Source of the DNA: Asterionella formosa
Taxonomy: Eukaryota
DNA length: 32,320 nt
Assembly: GCA_002256025.1 (NCBI GenBank)
Contig: NKIB01000473.1
Coordinates: forward strand, 1-32,320
Reading direction: 5' to 3'
Position 1 is the first letter of the stretch; each line of letters opens with the position of its first letter. The position numbers and the translations under genes were made by a program. This document shows positions 27,832 to 32,320 of the stretch, one piece after another. The notes beneath the pieces were generated by a model. That model made no database searches. It was not told where the DNA came from and was given only the letters and a program-made list of their open reading frames with translations.

Positions 27832-29532
27832 CTATTTGCTCATTTTGTATATCTCTGGATACTTGGCAATGTGTTGATGAAGCTCCTCTTCTTGCTCTCG
27901 CAAATGAGTTGGCACTTGGTGATAAACATCTTCAAAGAGTGACTTCAACGGCGGCTTCGGTCGTCGTTCCGCCGCGGAAATGGCCTTCAGGACCGCATTC
28001 TTTTCTTCGTAACTGGCAGCAACCAACGAATCAGCATCCACCCATCCAATCTGAGTCAAAAAGGTCTCCAACCGCTTGATGGGGTCTCCAAAGTCAGCAA
28101 CGTGCTCAACATCCTTGACATTGCGGTATCGCGTCGAGTCGTCCGACGTACTGTGGTGACCTTGGCGATACGTCATGGCCTCAATGAAAACTGGGGAAGA
28201 GTGGGATAACGCATATTCCTTTGCTGCTTTCACTGCCGCGCTCACTGCAAAGATGTCATTGCCATCCACTCGAATGCCTGCCATACCATAGCCAGGTGCT
28301 CGGGACACAATTCCATCTCCAGCATACTGCTCTTCGATGGGCGTGCTAATGGCAAAACCATTATTGCGGCAAAAGAAAATAACTGGCACTTTGAGAGTCG
28401 CCGCAAAGTTGCAAGCAGAATGAAAGTCAGTGGTCGAAGCACAGCCATCTCCAAAGAAGCAAATGGCAACGTTGGGTTTCTTTTGGAGCTTTAGGTGATA
28501 GGCAGCTCCAACCGCTTGAGGGAGTTGCGTTCCTAGAGGAGATGAAATGGTATGATAGTTTAGTGCCCGGCTTCCATAATGAACTGGCATTTGGCGGCCC
28601 TTTCCCAGATCAAGGTCATTGGAGAAGCATTGATTGGTAAATTGCTCAATAGTAAAGCCACGCCACATTAGCAGCCCTGCTTCACGATATTGGGCCAGGA
28701 CGGTGTCACCAAGGGTGAGGGCCGCTGCTGCTCCAATGTGAATGGCCTCTTCGCCACGGCACGTCATGTAAAAACTGATTCTCCCTTGACGCTGTGCACT
28801 TTGAAGAATACTGTCCATTTCACGAAGTCGAACGATTTGACGGTGGGCACGAAGAAGCGTATTCTTCGTCGCGAGATCGGGATAGTCATTGTCTGCAGGC
28901 TGAAGGAGTGGGTTTCGGGAGAATTCGCTGCCAAGGAAGGGATGGTGCTGCATTACGTGAGTACGTAATGCTCCAAGGTCGCCTTCCTTCATAGGTGGGA
29001 AGGAAGTCCATGGTGATTCGCGAAATCTCCCATTCTCGTCCTGTTTTTTGAGCCACGAAGGCTAGTGTCAGAGGGTGCGGGACTGAAGTCAACATGGCGA
29101 AATTCAAACACGCATGCCTACCATCATACGAAACACCGGCCAAATACCTCTCGGGGTATCATCTTCTGGAGTTACAATGTGTAGCTCTGATACAATGGGA
29201 ATAGCTTTGTTGCCAAAGTAACAGAGCTGTGAGGGTGAAGCTGATTCCTCGGAGTCTGCTGATGCTTCGAACAAACGTGTTTCGGCGTGATAATTAGGTT
29301 GAATCCCCACTTCTTTCATCGCAGATCGGACATTACGAGCACGTCGTGCAGGACCCTGCATTGTTGCAGCCGAGCTGCATTCAAGATCTACGACGTCTCC
29401 AGATTCTATGAGCGAAGGCATTGCAGAAAGGCTTCGGCTCCCTGTGATCGCCGAGGAAGACAGTTGTCGAAGAGTCACTCGCCGTGCACCGTTACGACTG
29501 ACGAGAGAACGAAGGACATTGTGGGGCAGCAT
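27832..29532 (-). CDS. BCKDHA: Branched-chain 2-oxoacid dehydrogenase E1 alpha, mitochondrial; two exons, 29532-29122 and 29040-27832
   Basis: AQRQGRISFYM, GKGRQMPVHYGS, TISSPLGTQLPQAVG, TPP motif FFGDG...CRNNGFAIST, and GHHSTSDDS phospho-loop. The splice gives the conserved PVFRMM|DENG. Arg/Ser-rich mitochondrial presequence from ATG 29532. Confidence 0.95.
29041..29121 (-). other. Spliceosomal intron in BCKDHA (81 bp, phase 0)
   Basis: On the minus strand: GTAGGC donor, CTGAC branch point, ACAG acceptor. It contains an in-frame stop; removal joins the two ORFs in frame. Confidence 0.9.
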
Positions 29533-30313
29533 GATTGTGAATGTTGTTGCCGTCAATGCAACGACAGCTAATATAAGAGGAGTCTGATTCAATTGTTATC
29601 GGAGAGGAACAGCAACTGAAACCACTTGCCACCTGTGTCATGTTTCCACGACAGAACCAGAAATTCTGATGGTACAACGACGCGACATAATTTGTTCTTT
29701 TGAAACATTTTGTGACCACGACAGGAAGGACCATTTTCCGGGTTCCTAAATGGAATATTTTTACTATCGCACTACCAACGCTATTTTTATTTACGCTGGC
29801 CAACAATCATTTTTCTCCTATGTAGAACTCAACAACCCTTCATATACCAGTGCTCACATGATAAAATGAGCAAAGGTGAATGCTGTCATTGACCCACTGC
29901 GAAAAATTTCGAACTGCATTGAACCACTGACGGTATAAAAAACACGTTTTGTTATGAAAAATCATTCATTTTCTATTTCTTAAGCTCCAGAATGTGTCTT
30001 GTGCATATACCGGATAGAGTCAATGGTCGAATTTTTCTTTTTTTCCCACCACATCGACCAAATCCTATATTAGTCAAATCTCACGCCTAAATTTTTAGCC
30101 AATAGAAATAAAGGTAGACTGTAGTTTCGTGTGTATTGCTTTTAATTCATGAAGTAGCCGCATACATACCTTCTTCTTAAACAGCTAGCAGTACTCCTAT
30201 CTGGTACTGCCCATCAAAAATTATTACAATTATTTACTTGAATATTGTTCGTAGAGAATTGTGGCTTCTTTATTATTACCGATCAATATGACTTTTGTTT
30301 CGACACACCGAAA

Positions 30314-31582
30314 ATGAGCAATGATAGCGACTCGTCAGATGATGATCGATTCTTCCACTTCCGCAATATGCGGAAGCAAAGCGAGAAGGCCAAGCAAGAA
30401 AGAAACAAGGGAGGAGGATCAAAAGTGGGAAAGGCATCCAATCTCAATCGTTTTCGGACAGACTATGACAAGCTTTTGAAAAAGGATTATTTCGGTGAAA
30501 ATCCAATTTACTCGTCAGCAATGTTCAGGAGGCGCTTCCAGATGAGAAGTTTGTTGTTTGAGAAGATTCTTGATGATTTGGTTCCTTCGGATTCTTATTT
30601 TTCTCAGAAGACGGATGCCTTGGGTTTACTGGGATTTTCGCCACATCAAAAACTTACCTCGGCGCTTCACATGTTAGCCTATGGAACATCGGCTGATCAG
30701 TTGGATGATTTAACAAGGATGTCAGAGTCAACAACACTCAACTTTTTGCAACACTTTTGTAACGCAATAATCAACAGGTGTGGGAAAGATTATCTTAGAG
30801 CTCCAACCAAAGAGGACCTTGAGATGATTCTACGTTTGCATGAAGGAAAGGGTTGGCCGGGGCTTCTTGGTTCATTGGATGTCATGCATTGGGAGTGGAA
30901 AAACTGTCCCAAAGCACACAGAGGAGCATATCAAGGAAAAGCAGGAGTGGCGACAATTGCTTTGGAAGCAGCGGTTGATTGTAGACTTTGGTTCTGGCAT
31001 GCATTGTTTGGAATGCCCGGAGCAAACAATGATCTTAATATTTTGGATTGTTCACTGTCTTCCCATGATTTGTCAGCTAGAAGGACTCCAAAAGTACAGT
31101 TTGCCATCAACAACCAACAACACAATCTGGGGTATTATTTGGTTGACGGAATCTGTCCAAATTGGCATGTATTTGTCAAGACAATTTCAGAGCCACAAGG
31201 TCCAAAACGGAGTTATTTCTCGATGCGTCAGGAGGCACAGCGCAAGGATGTCGAGCGAGCATTTGGAGTTCTACAGGCCAGGTGGAGGATCCTTGCATTT
31301 CCATGTAAACTTTGGTCAGTGTGTGCTATGAACAGTGTAATTATTGCATGCATCATTTTGCACAACATGATCATAGAGGATGAATGGGAAACTGAAAATA
31401 CAAATGATTATCTATTGGACAATATTCAGGATGGATTTTTGGTTGACAAAGTGAATCATGACAATGTTCACAAATTTCTTGATTTCAAGAATATTAGAAT
31501 GAACTACATGAGTGAAGGTGAGCACTTTCAATTGTGTAACAATTTGATTGAGCACTTGTGGATTCAAAACGAGAACAAATAG
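30314..31582 (+). CDS. PIF/Harbinger DDE transposase (HARBI1/ALP1-like nuclease), open but mutated
   Basis: FRRRFQM, HQKLTSALHMLAYG, GSLDVMHWEWKNCP (D1), G.NNDLNIL, YYLVDGICP (D2), RKDVERAFGVLQARW (E), ACIILHNMI. First ATG at 30314. Confidence 0.92.
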   Translation: MSNDSDSSDDDRFFHFRNMRKQSEKAKQERNKGGGSKVGKASNLNRFRTDYDKLLKKDYFGENPIYSSAMFRRRFQMRSLLFEKILDDLVPSDSYFSQKTDALGLLGFSPHQKLTSALHMLAYGTSADQLDDLTRMSESTTLNFLQHFCNAIINRCGKDYLRAPTKEDLEMILRLHEGKGWPGLLGSLDVMHWEWKNCPKAHRGAYQGKAGVATIALEAAVDCRLWFWHALFGMPGANNDLNILDCSLSSHDLSARRTPKVQFAINNQQHNLGYYLVDGICPNWHVFVKTISEPQGPKRSYFSMRQEAQRKDVERAFGVLQARWRILAFPCKLWSVCAMNSVIIACIILHNMIIEDEWETENTNDYLLDNIQDGFLVDKVNHDNVHKFLDFKNIRMNYMSEGEHFQLCNNLIEHLWIQNENK

Positions 31583-31701
31583 TAGATAATAACTTGATTC
31601 TAGATTTATATTTTTAAATCTGTAAATACAAGGTCTATATTGGCAATAATGAGAGGATTAGTGTAATGTAATGTCACTATAATCAAACTAGTTTAATACT
31701 C

Positions 31702-32320
31702 TTATGGCCCAGTCTCTAGAATCGAAACCTCATCATCAGTAGATGATGAAAGAGAAGTTGAAAAATCGATTTCAACTGAACTTCCTGACTCCAAAGAACC
31801 GGTCTTGGTTTTTTTGCGTGATGGTTTTGAACTATCCTCCGTTTCCTCCATAGCTTCTTGAGCCTTCATAGCAAACCACCTTTTAGCTTCCTCTGAATTA
31901 ATATTAAGAGAGAAAATCTTAAACAAAAATTCATTACATTGCGTCTTCACCTTTCTTTCCAGTATCTGCACTTGTTTTTGTTCAATGTTAAGCTGAGCAT
32001 TTGTGAGCAGCTTACTCTCTTTTGCTGCTTTCGTCCCCATGGGAAACACATCTAGTAACTCAGGACTCTACTTTGTGATTTGCTGCTGATCTCGGAAATA
32101 TCCACACCCACCCTTCCACTTTGGGGCATCCTTCAAAATTCGCCAACACCCTTTGAACAGGAATTCTCTACCCAGTTTCCTTCCTTTTCCCTCTAATTTA
32201 AATATCTCCCTGGCTTCTTCAAGGTAATTGTTGTCTGTCCATCCTGACTTAGCAATGGACGTAACCTGTGAATAGAGGGCGCAAAACTTTGTCACATCTT
32301 GATTGATTGTTCCCCATCGA
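31702..32320 (-). pseudogene. Harbinger ORF2 (Myb/SANT-like + NAM-associated), 5'-truncated by the window, with a premature stop
   Basis: RWGTINQDVTKFCALY...SGW...FLFKGCWRILKDAPKW, then an in-frame TAG at 32068-32070, then the same frame continues PMGTKAAK...EAKRWF. Confidence 0.82.

Larger units (their letters stand above)
30314..32320. mobile_element. PIF/Harbinger DNA transposon (two convergent ORFs); ends not resolved, runs off the window
   Basis: DDE transposase on + and Myb/NAM-associated ORF on -, the canonical two-gene Harbinger layout. Confidence 0.9.

Noticed and set aside
30314..31582. Domesticated HARBI1/ALP1 host gene
   Set aside because: The adjacent convergent ORF2 and CpG-type damage at conserved residues favour a transposon copy.

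Overview
Eukaryotic nuclear DNA, almost certainly a diatom, judged from short GT-AG introns, signal peptide + aromatic-residue plastid presequences, an RxL pro-peptide motif and compact gene spacing. Ten host genes: a bacterial-like membrane-anchored sulfotransferase, POP1 and PUS10 (head-to-head), a secreted heme peroxidase, a Ser-rich protein with PP1-docking-like motifs, a TM + coiled-coil protein, a signal-peptide-bearing Msp1/ATAD1-like AAA ATPase, a MANF/ARMET homolog (one intron), an Mpv17/PMP22 protein and BCKDH E1-alpha (one intron). The window ends in a decaying PIF/Harbinger transposon (DDE transposase plus a convergent, stop-interrupted Myb/NAM-associated ORF); older TE relics lie around 9.4-10.7, 13.7-16.3 and 24.8-25.6 kb. 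The most striking unexplained signal is a highly iterated palindrome family (TACCGGTA / TACCWGGTA / GGTACC). I count 18 exact TACCGGTA copies by eye, against about 0.5 expected, all non-coding and concentrated in 5' flanks, alongside many locally formed hairpins. All calls come from motif recognition only; no database searches were run.
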